This document shows positions 28,777 to 39,268 of a DNA stretch of 64,000 bases, piece after piece. The DNA is from a virus. The position numbers and the translations under genes are program-made. Position 1 is the stretch's first letter. Each line of letters begins with the position of its first letter. Location of the stretch: IMG/VR virus record IMGVR_UViG_3300028027_000001. The stretch is one strand, 5' to 3'. The notes under the pieces were generated by a model. That model saw only the letters and a list, made by a program, of their open reading frames with translations, was not told where the DNA came from and did not search any database.

Positions 28777-31700
28777 TTAATAATTAGGGAAAAAACGTTC
28801 AACTAATACACTTATATTCCCTCCATAGGTTGTATTGCTTCGATATGCTGTGATTTTGTAGAATGGATAATTTGGGTCTAATCCCGCATGTACAGTTATT
28901 TCTAATCTACTGTCAGAACTTATACCGTTTGGGTATATGTCTGTGGTAACACTGGCTACTATAAGATCTGAGGTTGCTGTTACTGTGGTTGCTGTGGTTG
29001 AAAATGCATGTACTTGCACCCTACCAGAAACTGGGTCAGTATTGATGTCCATTTCAAAATCATTTCCTGAAGAATCATATCCTAAATTAATATAATCATC
29101 TTGATACACCGGGCGAGTGGTGGTTAGATAACTAAATTGTTTATATTTGGTTAAGGGGACATTATATGATATAGATGAAGACCCTGATGGTAAATTTATG
29201 GATATAGAGGATGTTGTTTGGGAAAGTGATGAGGTTATAAATAATGAACCAGATATCAATGCAGAACCCGTATAAGGGAATGTTGGGGATGATGGGGCCC
29301 AAGATGAAGATAATGCTTGAGATGAGTATGATGCTGTGCCCAATAATGAGCCAGTAATTCCACCTTGTACAGATAAACTACCTGTTATTGTAGTAGTTAA
29401 TGATGAATTAACTTGAATGATTGGTGTTGAACCGGTCCATACTGTAAATAGGGGACCTGATATTACATCGGTTACATCAAATAATGGGCCGTTTGATCCA
29501 CTAACAGCAAATGCTGTTGAGCCAGATTGATATATGGACACACTACCTGTTGCATTTATTGAACCTGATATATATACTGCTTGGTTTAATTGGTTAATGT
29601 ATGATGATGTGGATGCAAATGATGCTGATACAGCGTTTAATACATACGATGCCGTTTGTGATAAGGCAACATACGAAGCTGTTTGTGCTAGGGTAATGAA
29701 TGATGCAGTTACTGCATTTGTTGCCCACGATGATGTACCAAATAATGAACTAGTGACGCCATTTTGTACGTTTAAACTACCAGTAATTGTAGTAACCAAT
29801 GACGAATCAACCACTAATATGTTCGTGGATCCAGTTGATACCGTTAATAATGGGCCTGAATTATTATCTGTTATTGATAATAAGGGTCCAACTGATCCAC
29901 TTATTGTTACTACTGTGGATCCTGATTTGTATACAGATACACTTCCGGTTGTGTTTAATGAGCCGGATATGTTTACTGTTTGGTTTAGTTGGTTAACATA
30001 TGATGCCGTAGATGAAAATGATGCACTAACGGCATTTGTGACATAGCTTGCGGTTTGTGCTAGGGTAACAAATGATGCCGTATTTGAATTTTGGGCCCAT
30101 GATGAAGTACCGAATAGTGAACCAGTAATACCGTTTTGCACTGTTAAACTACCGGTGATTGTTGCTGAACCACTTAATGTCATTATACGATTTGATGATA
30201 CATCAAATATTGGTGATGATCCAGTATATATGGTCCATAGCGAACCAGATACAGCATCTGTAACTTCAAATAATGTGCCTTGTGATCCACTAATTATAAG
30301 TGGGGATGAACCTGACTTGTATATGTTTACACTACCGGTTGCGTTAAGCGAACCGGAAATGTTTACTGCTTGATTTAATTGGTTAACGTATGATGCAGTT
30401 GATGAATATGAAGCGGATACTGCGCTTAGCACGTAGCTAGATGTCTGAGCCGTTGCAACATAGCTAGCGGTTTGTGCTAGTGTAACGAATGATGCTGTAG
30501 CTGCTTGTATTGAGTATGATGATGTACCATTTAATGAACCTGTGAATGATGTTGCATTTAATGAACCCGTTAAACCATATGAACCTGTTAATTGTTTTGA
30601 ATTAACCCATACACTACCAGATTTAATTAACATATCGCCATACGATGTGGTAGTTGTTGTGTCTGTTATGTCGTGCAATTCGCCAATTTCGTATCCGTTG
30701 TCGATACGAATATGTATGGAACCATTGTTTGATTGTTGGCGGATAACTTGACCTAAACGTACTGTATGTAGTGGTGCTTGTGGTGCAGAACCGGTGATTG
30801 AACCACCAGCACCTAAAAATACCAATTGACCTGAAATATAGTTGGTTGTGTCAATTCCTGTTAATACACCTTCAGTAATAACAAATCCTTGTGACCCATT
30901 TGTAATTTGTTGTGTAGCTATACCTAACGTATTTGCTGATACATGGTCTGTTTCATAAGACGCAGTGGTAATACGTGGTATATCGCTAGAATTGTTTGAG
31001 CCAGTAATACGTACAACCATTCCTTTTTCAATTGTGAAACCAGTTTGGTTAATAGCGAGTATATCGGTTTGAGTTGTGCGTTCTGAAAGTGATGATGTAG
31101 AAGCATATGATGCAGATAATGCATTAAGTGCATAACTAGCCGTTATAGCATACGATGATGATAATGCTTGTGTAGCATATGATGCAGTACCAGTAAATGA
31201 ATCTGCTGTTATACTACCACTAATATATAAACTACCAGTAAATTGGTGTGTATCGTCTGATGTATCTCCGAATTTGGTTGAACCAGATGCATAAATAATT
31301 GACGATGAATTGTATATAGTGTGGAATACGTTAAATGATGCCGTACCGTTTACCACTAAATCACCATTGATTGTAGCACTACCCGTTACACCTAACGATC
31401 CAGTAATTTGAGCGGACCCTGTAAATGGGAATGGTGAAATGTATCCTTCTAGGTACGATGCAGTTAATGCATACGATGAAGTTGTGGAATTGTTTGAATA
31501 GGATGAGGTTTCAACATATGAAGCTGTTTGGGATAGTGTAACATATGATGCTGTTTGTGCGTTTTCTATATATGAAGCCGTTTGAGCATTTTCTACGTAG
31601 CTAGCTGTTTGAGCATTTTCGACATATGATGCAGTGTCTGCTAAATCGGCATGTGAAGCGCTTACAGCGTATGATGCGGATATGGCGTCTTGTGCAAATG

Positions 31701-32403
31701 ATGATGTAGTTGAGTAACTCGCAGATATAGCGCTATCAGCAATGGATGAACTTACAGCATACGATGCGCTTAATACATAACTAGCGGTTTGAGCCGTTTC
31801 AACATACGATGCAGTTTGTGCATTTTCTACATAGCTTGCTGTTTGAGCGTTTTCAACGTATGATGCTGTGAATGAATACGAAGCAGATATTGATTGGTTA
31901 ACATATGAAGCCGTTTGTGCATTTTCTACATATGAAGCCGTTTGTGCTAGTGCAACATACGATGCAGTTTGTGCATTTTCAATATATGAAGCTGTAACCG
32001 CATTAAATGCCCAAGATGCCGTAGCAACATATGAAGCAGTTTGTGCATTTTCTACATATGAAGCCGTTGAGGAATATGATGCGCTTATAGCGTTTGAAGA
32101 TGTTGCAGGAGCAATAGCATTGGATGCAGTATAGTAGAATTGACCGTTAATTGGATTATATGTTACTACATCTGATTGTGCGGTATTGGTTAAATTAGGT
32201 ACAACTACATTACCATATATGGTAGTAGGCCCATCTACGTTCAATTCACCTTCTATTGATGTGGAACCAGTTACAGTGAATGAACCTGATATGGTTATAT
32301 CGTAGTTATCGGCGCCGGTAAAGGCATCTACGGATTGGGATACGTGTTGAGGGTAAATTGTTTGGTTTAGAACTATGCCGTTGTTCGATAGGTTTTTTGC
32401 CAT
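28777..32403 (-). CDS. Long Ser/Thr-rich tail fibre protein
   Basis: TASYVENAQ nonapeptide repeats and three ~130-aa ...NQLNQ.V.ISGS repeats; N-terminus shared with 26862..28559. Confidence 0.8.
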   Translation of the reverse strand: MAKNLSNNGIVLNQTIYPQHVSQSVDAFTGADNYDITISGSFTVTGSTSIEGELNVDGPTTIYGNVVVPNLTNTAQSDVVTYNPINGQFYYTASNAIAPATSSNAISASYSSTASYVENAQTASYVATASWAFNAVTASYIENAQTASYVALAQTASYVENAQTASYVNQSISASYSFTASYVENAQTASYVENAQTASYVETAQTASYVLSASYAVSSSIADSAISASYSTTSSFAQDAISASYAVSASHADLADTASYVENAQTASYVENAQTASYIENAQTASYVTLSQTASYVETSSYSNNSTTSSYALTASYLEGYISPFPFTGSAQITGSLGVTGSATINGDLVVNGTASFNVFHTIYNSSSIIYASGSTKFGDTSDDTHQFTGSLYISGSITADSFTGTASYATQALSSSYAITASYALNALSASYASTSSLSERTTQTDILAINQTGFTIEKGMVVRITGSNNSSDIPRITTASYETDHVSANTLGIATQQITNGSQGFVITEGVLTGIDTTNYISGQLVFLGAGGSITGSAPQAPLHTVRLGQVIRQQSNNGSIHIRIDNGYEIGELHDITDTTTTTSYGDMLIKSGSVWVNSKQLTGSYGLTGSLNATSFTGSLNGTSSYSIQAATASFVTLAQTASYVATAQTSSYVLSAVSASYSSTASYVNQLNQAVNISGSLNATGSVNIYKSGSSPLIISGSQGTLFEVTDAVSGSLWTIYTGSSPIFDVSSNRIMTLSGSATITGSLTVQNGITGSLFGTSSWAQNSNTASFVTLAQTASYVTNAVSASFSSTASYVNQLNQTVNISGSLNTTGSVSVYKSGSTVVTISGSVGPLLSITDNNSGPLLTVSTGSTNILVVDSSLVTTITGSLNVQNGVTSSLFGTSSWATNAVTASFITLAQTASYVALSQTASYVLNAVSASFASTSSYINQLNQAVYISGSINATGSVSIYQSGSTAFAVSGSNGPLFDVTDVISGPLFTVWTGSTPIIQVNSSLTTTITGSLSVQGGITGSLLGTASYSSQALSSSWAPSSPTFPYTGSALISGSLFITSSLSQTTSSISINLPSGSSSISYNVPLTKYKQFSYLTTTRPVYQDDYINLGYDSSGNDFEMDINTDPVSGRVQVHAFSTTATTVTATSDLIVASVTTDIYPNGISSDSRLEITVHAGLDPNYPFYKITAYRSNTTYGGNISVLVERFFPNY
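31500..32100 (-). repeat. Degenerate 27-bp coding repeat (TASYVENAQ)
   Basis: Recurring gtttgtgcattttctacatatgaagc variants; boundaries approximate. Confidence 0.8.
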
Positions 32404-32436
32404 CTTGTATTTTAATTATAAATATGGTTGAAACTA

Positions 32437-33345
32437 TTAAATATTTGGGGATCCTGGGTAGTATGTTTCAGTGCTTACTATTACTTGTGCCTTACTATTG
32501 AATTTACGATGTGCCGTGATTTCCTTCTGGATATTGTCTGGGATGATATATCCTGATAATTTGAGGGTGAATGTGGCTTTCACTATACGATCCATACCAT
32601 CGTTCAATTCTGTGGTTGTATTGAATGTGTCAATGGTGGTTTTGAATTTGAAGCGTTCTGGGTCTCCCCAATATGCATTTGATGCGTAATTGACTGCTTC
32701 AACTATTTTGTTAAGTTGATCCACGTAGTATGTTTGTATAGTACAACTATATGTTAAATCCACATAGTCAGGTATTACTATGAGTTGATACGTTTTAACG
32801 GGTTTACGGTTATTTAGTAAATCGAAATTTGAATATGAATTTTTAGCGTTGTATGTAGTAGCCCAGGCTGCATATAGGTGTGGTTGATTGGCATCTAGTT
32901 TATTAGTGATTGAAGTGTTTTTACTTACAGTATCACGTTTGAACATAATTATAGGCGCCATGATCTTGCCGTTCTTGTCTTTGTAGTACCCGTCCTTTTG
33001 TGCCGATTTCCAACGTTCAGGGGAACCATATATTACTGGCACCGCAATACGTTGTCCGTTTTGTTGAACAGAGGGACGTATTACTTCATTGAAGTAATAG
33101 AATATGGATTCGTCCATGTCCTGAATCCCAATGGTGAAGGGTTTGGTTGTGTCGTTACGGAAGGATATTTTTTCTGAGCGATTGAATTCATTCCCGGATT
33201 GTTCGGTTTTGGTAAATTGCTCGAACGAGTTTAGTTGATTTGGGTTACCTAACGTTTCACCAGTTTCTTGGTTAACATATGGTTCAACTTGCTCGTTTGA
33301 GATTTGTCGCTGTGACTTTGGGTTGGGTTTTCTTGTTTTTGCCAT
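32437..33345 (-). CDS. Tail terminator / sheath stabiliser (T4 gp15-like)
   Basis: VPVIYGSPERW, P.IMFKR, PDYVDLTY.C.I.T.YVDQLNKIVE, FTLKLSGYI. Confidence 0.72.
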   Translation of the reverse strand: MAKTRKPNPKSQRQISNEQVEPYVNQETGETLGNPNQLNSFEQFTKTEQSGNEFNRSEKISFRNDTTKPFTIGIQDMDESIFYYFNEVIRPSVQQNGQRIAVPVIYGSPERWKSAQKDGYYKDKNGKIMAPIIMFKRDTVSKNTSITNKLDANQPHLYAAWATTYNAKNSYSNFDLLNNRKPVKTYQLIVIPDYVDLTYSCTIQTYYVDQLNKIVEAVNYASNAYWGDPERFKFKTTIDTFNTTTELNDGMDRIVKATFTLKLSGYIIPDNIQKEITAHRKFNSKAQVIVSTETYYPGSPNI

Positions 33346-33371
33346 ATCGTGTATAAATATGAATGGGGGTG

Positions 33372-33400
33372 AAAAAAATAGCCACCTGTAAGGGTGGCTA
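33372..33400 (-). terminator. Intrinsic terminator
   Basis: TAGCCACC/GGTGGCTA stem followed by a T-tract. Confidence 0.8.
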
Positions 33401-33427
33401 AATTTGATTACCAGGTTGTGGTTTAAA

Positions 33428-33646
33428 TTACATTGGTAATTCGCTTACAACTGGGTTATAAGTGATTTCTGGTAAATTATGGATCCACTCAAATGCACCA
33501 TTTTCATGGGTGCATCCGTTTACTTCTTCATTTGAGATGAACCAGTTTCCATCTGCATCTTGGGTTGGGTTGAAATATGTTATGCCATTCCATGTTTGGC
33601 CAACTAATTGGTCTTTTTGTTCGGTTGTTAATTTATATACGTTCAT
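33428..33646 (-). CDS. Small hypothetical protein (fibre-associated)
   Basis: YFNPTQDADGNWFISNEE; follows the lectin gene and precedes a terminator. Confidence 0.65.
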   Translation of the reverse strand: MNVYKLTTEQKDQLVGQTWNGITYFNPTQDADGNWFISNEEVNGCTHENGAFEWIHNLPEITYNPVVSELPM

Positions 33647-33656
33647 AATTATTTAA

Positions 33657-34388
33657 TTAAAAAGTTGGATAAAATTTACCTGTACCTGAATTGTATAGAC
33701 TACTAACACTGGATGGGGATAATACACCTGTGTATACATATACTTCATCAATAAGACCGTTAAATACACTGCCAACACCTGATGGTGATGAGTTTATAGC
33801 CCCTATATTTGTTCTATTAGATCCAACCGCATATAAAATTGAAGAAGCGGCTGCATTTGTGTAGGTATCAGATAATACATTATTAATATATAATTTCCAA
33901 GTTGTATTTACCTTATCCCATAATATGACTATATGGTTCCACTGATTATTTGATAAAGTTAAGGTTGAGTTAAATCCTACTCCTACAGACCCCGTTCCTA
34001 GAGCAAATACTTGTACTTTATTTGTATTTGTTACACCAAATGTATACCCATGGTCAGATGTACCATAATAATAGTCTCCAAACAGTCCCTTAAGAGCACT
34101 TTGATTTGCTGTAGTGTAAGTCCACATTGATACAGAGAACGAGTTAGTAAATCTCATTGAATTTTGAGGCAATAATATATAGCTATTAGTACCATTAAAT
34201 GAAAATGCATTTCCACTTTTTCCTGATGTGTAAGTTAAACCACCATATGCTGTGCCATTATACAAACCTAAACTATCGTTTGCATTACTCTCAGCTTTAT
34301 ATACTGCGTATAAGTTTGCACTTAATGATGAGGTGGATGGAATGGATGCACTACGCCATCCAACCTGACCATAAGATAAAATTGCCAT
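33657..34388 (-). CDS. LamG / concanavalin-A-like lectin domain protein
   Basis: GKSGNAFSFNG, FSVSMW, NQWNHIV, LYINN, FNGLIDEV.VY..VLS. Confidence 0.85.
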   Translation of the reverse strand: MAILSYGQVGWRSASIPSTSSLSANLYAVYKAESNANDSLGLYNGTAYGGLTYTSGKSGNAFSFNGTNSYILLPQNSMRFTNSFSVSMWTYTTANQSALKGLFGDYYYGTSDHGYTFGVTNTNKVQVFALGTGSVGVGFNSTLTLSNNQWNHIVILWDKVNTTWKLYINNVLSDTYTNAAASSILYAVGSNRTNIGAINSSPSGVGSVFNGLIDEVYVYTGVLSPSSVSSLYNSGTGKFYPTF

Positions 34389-34465
34389 ATTTAATTATTT
34401 AAAATTATTACTATCATACATATTACAACGTTTTGGAAGAATATGTATCACCAAAACATAACTAC

Positions 34466-35044
34466 ATGAACGATAAATTAAAACAACTCGAAATACAGAA
34501 ATTACTGCAAGAATACAATTATTTGCTACTAGATGATGAGTACAAGCAGGAGTTGATTGCTGAAGGGAAAACACCTTTTCTTGAGCAAGTGCATGAGTTT
34601 ATGAAGACGCTAAATATGTCTCCACCCCCACCAATGCCCCCTTCGCAAGAGAAAGAAGGGAAAAAGAAAAAACGCATTGATCCAAACACAATAGATGAAT
34701 ATATACGCAACAAAGTGAAAAAATTGTATCGCGATATAGTTAAGCTAACACATCCGGATAAAGCCAAAACCGATGAACATAATGATTTGTATGTTGCGGC
34801 TACTACCGCTATGGAAACATATGATTTATTTGAATTATATAACATATGCGTTAAACTAAATATAGCGCACACCATTGATGCAACGGATAAGCCGATAATT
34901 GAAATGCGGGTGCAAGCAAAGAAAGATGAGTTAGCCAATATTGAGCGTTCATATGTTTGGTTATGGTATCACGCAGTGACAGAGGCCGATAAGTTGTTAT
35001 ACATACGAAATTTTGTTGAGAACCATGGTGGTTCATTCATATGA
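34466..35044 (+). CDS. J-domain (DnaJ-like) protein; probable start 34466
   Basis: VKKLYRDIVKLTHPDK (HPD motif); ATATGTATC promoter motif on the + strand at 34441. Confidence 0.8.
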   Translation: MNDKLKQLEIQKLLQEYNYLLLDDEYKQELIAEGKTPFLEQVHEFMKTLNMSPPPPMPPSQEKEGKKKKRIDPNTIDEYIRNKVKKLYRDIVKLTHPDKAKTDEHNDLYVAATTAMETYDLFELYNICVKLNIAHTIDATDKPIIEMRVQAKKDELANIERSYVWLWYHAVTEADKLLYIRNFVENHGGSFI

Positions 35045-35051
35045 CAAAGAC

Positions 35052-35078
35052 AAAAAAAGGGGCGCAAAAGCGCCCCTT
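35052..35078 (-). terminator. Terminator between the convergent fibre and J-domain genes
   Basis: GGGGCGC-TTTT-GCGCCCC followed by T7 on the minus strand. Confidence 0.85.
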
Positions 35079-35097
35079 CCTATATTCTATTTACTGA

Positions 35098-38000
35098 TTA
35101 TAAACCAGCGTTAGATATATTAGTTAATGTACCATATACACCGTAGAACATAAGTTTATCTTCAGTTGCTGGGGCAGCCGTGAAGGTAACTCCTGTAACT
35201 ACTCCACCTGCAACTGTAGTTGTGTAGTCGCCGTCTGTATCAAGTAATTGACCGTTCAAGTAAACTTGTTCAGATCCAACTTTAACAGCGTTAGTGAATG
35301 TAAATGCAGTTGTTGTACCATTTGGAGCAGCAGTAACTGTGTTTTTCTTAGCATATACCGCGTCGAAGTTAGCAGCGTTAACTGTGTTGATGTTGTTGAT
35401 TACTTCTTTGAACGAGTCAATAGCAGTAATATCAGTATTAGCTAATATATCAGCAACATTTTGTGTTAATGTAGCATCAGCAGCCTCACGTGCCGCAATT
35501 TCAGCAGCTAAAGCTGATTCGAAAGATGCAGATAACAATGTTACATCAGCACTACTTGAGAAGTTCAACGCAGCAATAGAAGCAGACAATGTCGCTTCAG
35601 CAGCTAATGCTCTTGTTTCTTCAGCCGCTAAAGCAGCGTCGTTAGATAAAACATATCCAGCAAACGCTGTATCGTTTGTAGTATCAACTGAGTTGATTAA
35701 AGCAACGATTTCAGCGAATGTATCTTTGTCAGCAGTTGAAGCAGATAAGATAGCATCGATACGTCCTTTTTCTGTTGCGATTGCAGCAGCAGCTGATGCA
35801 CTTAATGCAGTATCAGCAGCGGTACGAGCATTTGCTTCAGTAACGATAGCAGCAGCTAATGATGCACTGTTTGCAGTACGAGTTGTGATTTCAGTAGCTA
35901 AACCAGCAGCTAATGATGCAGAAATTGCAGTATCATTATCAAATGCCAATTTACGTGTGATTAATGTTAAATCACCATATCCACCAAATGTAGATGGTTG
36001 AGCACCAACGTTGATTAATCCATTGAATGTACGAACACCCGCTGAACCAGATGCAACTGTGTCCATCAATCTAACTGTACTTCCAGTTACCTCGATAGTA
36101 ACACCATCAACTAATGGTAATGCAGCAATTGATTGAGATAAAGATGCAGATAATGCTAAGTCAGCAGCAACACGAGATGCAGATTCTGCAGTTAATGCAG
36201 TTGCAGCAGATGCACTGTTGTTTGTATCAGCAGTAGTACGTGCTGTGATTTCAGCAGCTAAACCAGCAGCTAAAGATGCACTATTTGCAGTACGAGTTGT
36301 GATTTCATTTGCTAAGTTAAGAGCTAATGATGCACTGTTTGCAAGACGAGTTGTTGTTTCTGTAGATAAAGATGCACTTAAAGCAGCATCACCCGCAATA
36401 CGAGCAGTTTCTTCTGCAGTTACGGCAGCAATACGAGCAGTTTCTTCAGCATCAACGTCTGCAATTCTTGCAGCAACCTCAGCAACTAATGAAGCAGATA
36501 AAGCAGCTTCAGCAGCTAATGCACGAGTTTCTTCAGCATCAACGTCAGCAATACGAGCCGAGATTTCAGCAACCAATGAAGCAGACAAAGCAGCTTCAGC
36601 AGCTAATGCTCTTGTTTCTTCAGCAGAATCACCAGCGATACGTGCAGCAATTTCTGTTGCTAAATCAGCAGTAAACACATTATCAGCAGCCTGTGAACGT
36701 GAAGTTTCAGTATCGATATTTGCTTGTAATACTTGTTCAGCATTTAATGAACGAGTAATCTCTGTGTTTAAGTTTGATTGTAATGTAGCGTCACCTGAAA
36801 TTCTATTTGAAATTTCAGTATCTAGTGATGCAGAAATGGAAACGTCAAATGATGTTGCTCTTTCAATTTCATTAACTAATGAAGCAGAAATTGCAGCTTC
36901 AGCAGCCATTGCTCTAACAATCTCAGCATCTAATGAAGCAGAAATAGCAGTGTCTAATGCAGTACGAGCAGCTGTTTCAGCAGCTAAAGCAGCATCGTTA
37001 GATAATACATAAGAAGCGAATGCTGTATCATTAGTAGTATCAACTGAGTTGATTAAAGCAACGATTTCAGCAAATGTATTAGCGTCAGCAGTAGATGCAG
37101 ATAGGATAGCGTCAATACGACCTTTTTCTGTGTTGATGTTTCCTTGTAATACCCCCTCAGCAGCTAATGCACGAGTTTGTTCAGCAACGATAGACCCAGA
37201 TAATACTGCCTCAGCAGCCAACGCTCTTGTTTCTTCAGCGTTAACATCTGAAATGCGGTCAGCAATTTCTGTAGCTAGGTTAGCAGCGATCACAGCTTCA
37301 GCAGCTTGAGAACGAGATACCTCAGTATCAATGTTTGCTTGTAATGTGATATCTGCGTTAGCGCGAGCTGTTGCTTCAGCATCTATGTTATCTTGCAACA
37401 TTTCATCACCTGCAATACGGTCAGCAACCTCAGCAGCATCTGCAGCTAAACGTGCTGTAATTTCAGCAGCTAAAGAAGCAGACAGTGCAGTATCACCAGC
37501 GATGCGAGCAGTAGCTTCGTTAGATACAGCTAATTCACGTGCAGCAATTTCTGTTGCAACAGAAGCGCTCAATACAGCTTCAGCAGCTAATGCACGAGTT
37601 TCTTCAGCATCAACGTCTGCAATTCTTGCAGCAACCTCAGTAGCTAAAGATGCACTTAATACTGCCTCAGCAGCCAATGCTCTTGTTTCTTCAGCGTTAA
37701 CGTCAGCAATTCTTGCGTTTGTTTCAGTAGCGATAGAAGCACTCAATGCTGCTTCAGCAGCCAATGCACGAGTTTCTTCAGCATCAACATCTGCTATACG
37801 AGCAGCAACCTCAGCATCCAATGAAGCCGATAATTGGGTATCACCAGAAATACGTGCAGCCTCTTCAGCGTCAACGTCTGCGATACGAGCAGCAACCTCA
37901 GTAGCTAAAGATGCAGATAATGCTAAGTCACCGGCAATGCGGGCAGCAGCTTCATCTTCATCAGCAGTAACTAAGTTTGCTAAATCTGTAACTAATCCAG

Positions 38001-38100
38001 CAACGTCGCTTTTTACAAGACCTTGAGGTGTTGTCAACGTGGCATTAGTTAAGATCAAATCGGACTGTTTGTCCAATACAATTTTAGTAATTTTACTCAT
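35098..38100 (-). CDS. Long Ala-rich coiled-coil fibre protein
   Basis: Many E.AARIADVDAEETRALAAEA.LSASL repeats; C-terminal GSEQVYLNG beta domain. Confidence 0.8.
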   Translation of the reverse strand: MSKITKIVLDKQSDLILTNATLTTPQGLVKSDVAGLVTDLANLVTADEDEAAARIAGDLALSASLATEVAARIADVDAEEAARISGDTQLSASLDAEVAARIADVDAEETRALAAEAALSASIATETNARIADVNAEETRALAAEAVLSASLATEVAARIADVDAEETRALAAEAVLSASVATEIAARELAVSNEATARIAGDTALSASLAAEITARLAADAAEVADRIAGDEMLQDNIDAEATARANADITLQANIDTEVSRSQAAEAVIAANLATEIADRISDVNAEETRALAAEAVLSGSIVAEQTRALAAEGVLQGNINTEKGRIDAILSASTADANTFAEIVALINSVDTTNDTAFASYVLSNDAALAAETAARTALDTAISASLDAEIVRAMAAEAAISASLVNEIERATSFDVSISASLDTEISNRISGDATLQSNLNTEITRSLNAEQVLQANIDTETSRSQAADNVFTADLATEIAARIAGDSAEETRALAAEAALSASLVAEISARIADVDAEETRALAAEAALSASLVAEVAARIADVDAEETARIAAVTAEETARIAGDAALSASLSTETTTRLANSASLALNLANEITTRTANSASLAAGLAAEITARTTADTNNSASAATALTAESASRVAADLALSASLSQSIAALPLVDGVTIEVTGSTVRLMDTVASGSAGVRTFNGLINVGAQPSTFGGYGDLTLITRKLAFDNDTAISASLAAGLATEITTRTANSASLAAAIVTEANARTAADTALSASAAAAIATEKGRIDAILSASTADKDTFAEIVALINSVDTTNDTAFAGYVLSNDAALAAEETRALAAEATLSASIAALNFSSSADVTLLSASFESALAAEIAAREAADATLTQNVADILANTDITAIDSFKEVINNINTVNAANFDAVYAKKNTVTAAPNGTTTAFTFTNAVKVGSEQVYLNGQLLDTDGDYTTTVAGGVVTGVTFTAAPATEDKLMFYGVYGTLTNISNAGL

Positions 38101-38159
38101 TCTTTGTAAATTTAAAGAAATTAATTAAATAGTTAACTAGTGAACTATCTATGAAATTA

Positions 38160-38390
38160 CTACCTATTGAATAGCAAATTCTTCAAGTTCTTTATAGCAT
38201 TGGTAAATGCTAAGGGTTCGCACGAACCTGTTTCCGTTAAATATTCATCTACATGTAATAGTAAATCGGGTGTTTGGTTAAACATGAATGTGGACTTCTT
38301 TGCAGATTTTTCCACAGTGAAACGATGCCCCTTAATTTTAAGGTAGGCTGTTAAATATAAATCTGATGTTGAATATGTTTCAAGACTCAT
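38160..38390 (-). CDS. Small DUF5659-like protein
   Basis: YSTSDLYLTAYLKIKGH pattern; late motif variant at ~38411-38419. Confidence 0.6.
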   Translation of the reverse strand: MSLETYSTSDLYLTAYLKIKGHRFTVEKSAKKSTFMFNQTPDLLLHVDEYLTETGSCEPLAFTNAIKNLKNLLFNR

Positions 38391-38475
38391 TGTGTAGGGA
38401 TATTTTTAATTATACATATAGCGATTTCCCGTAAAGGAAATAAAATATTAGAAATATTGTAAGATAATTTAATTA

Positions 38476-39264
38476 TTACACATCATAATAATATGTGCAA
38501 CGAAGCCTTGTATCAATATCGGGGGGGTATACAAACACAATTGTATTTCCTGTTAAGGTATAGTCGTTCCCGCTACCCTCTTGCAATAAACCATTTAAGT
38601 AAATATGTTCACTACCTAATACAGGATCATGGGCTAGATGGAATGTAGTGTTTTCACCGTTTATGAGACCATATGGGGCTTCTTTATCTGCAAACAGACG
38701 TACTATTGTTTCGGTAGCATAGTAATATGTACAGTGGAGTTTTGCTCCTTCCCACAGCGGCTCACTAAATGTGATTGTAGAACCAGATATGATATAGTCT
38801 GTTTGGGAACCTTCCTCAATTAATAAACCATTTAAATATAAATGCTCACTTCCGTTTACAGGAATGTTGCGCAAAATAAACGTTGAATTTGTTCCATCGA
38901 TAGAACCGATGGGAATTTCTTTGTTTACGTGTATGTTGGTTGATTTTGTGTTGGATAACGCTAAATCTTCAATAGTGGATAACATTACTGACTGACTAGC
39001 CATGGTTAATGTAAATGAATCGATGGATTGGGATAACGTGGTAGTTACTTGTGATAATGATTGAGATACATTGGTGTTGGTTGTACCTATTGATTGGGAA
39101 AGATTTGTATAATTGTTGGTTACGGTATTACCCAATACTGTTGTTGTATTATTGATAGTAGATACGGCATCATTAACGATGATATCAGCATATTTAATTG
39201 AAACGGAACCATTTCTAAATTGGTTCATTTTACGTAACGGGGTCGAGCTTGGTCTTTCAGCCAT
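38476..39264 (-). CDS. Virion structural protein with two P.G.I.G.N..F.L...P..GSEH.YLNGLL repeats
   Basis: Internal duplication visible in the translation; follows the neck genes. Confidence 0.72.
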   Translation of the reverse strand: MAERPSSTPLRKMNQFRNGSVSIKYADIIVNDAVSTINNTTTVLGNTVTNNYTNLSQSIGTTNTNVSQSLSQVTTTLSQSIDSFTLTMASQSVMLSTIEDLALSNTKSTNIHVNKEIPIGSIDGTNSTFILRNIPVNGSEHLYLNGLLIEEGSQTDYIISGSTITFSEPLWEGAKLHCTYYYATETIVRLFADKEAPYGLINGENTTFHLAHDPVLGSEHIYLNGLLQEGSGNDYTLTGNTIVFVYPPDIDTRLRCTYYYDV

Positions 39265-39268
39265 ATGT

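Noticed and set aside
27140-32100. Possible CRISPR array in the periodic repeats
   Set aside because: The repeats are degenerate at third codon positions, in frame and inside fibre ORFs; there is no identical repeat with unique spacers.
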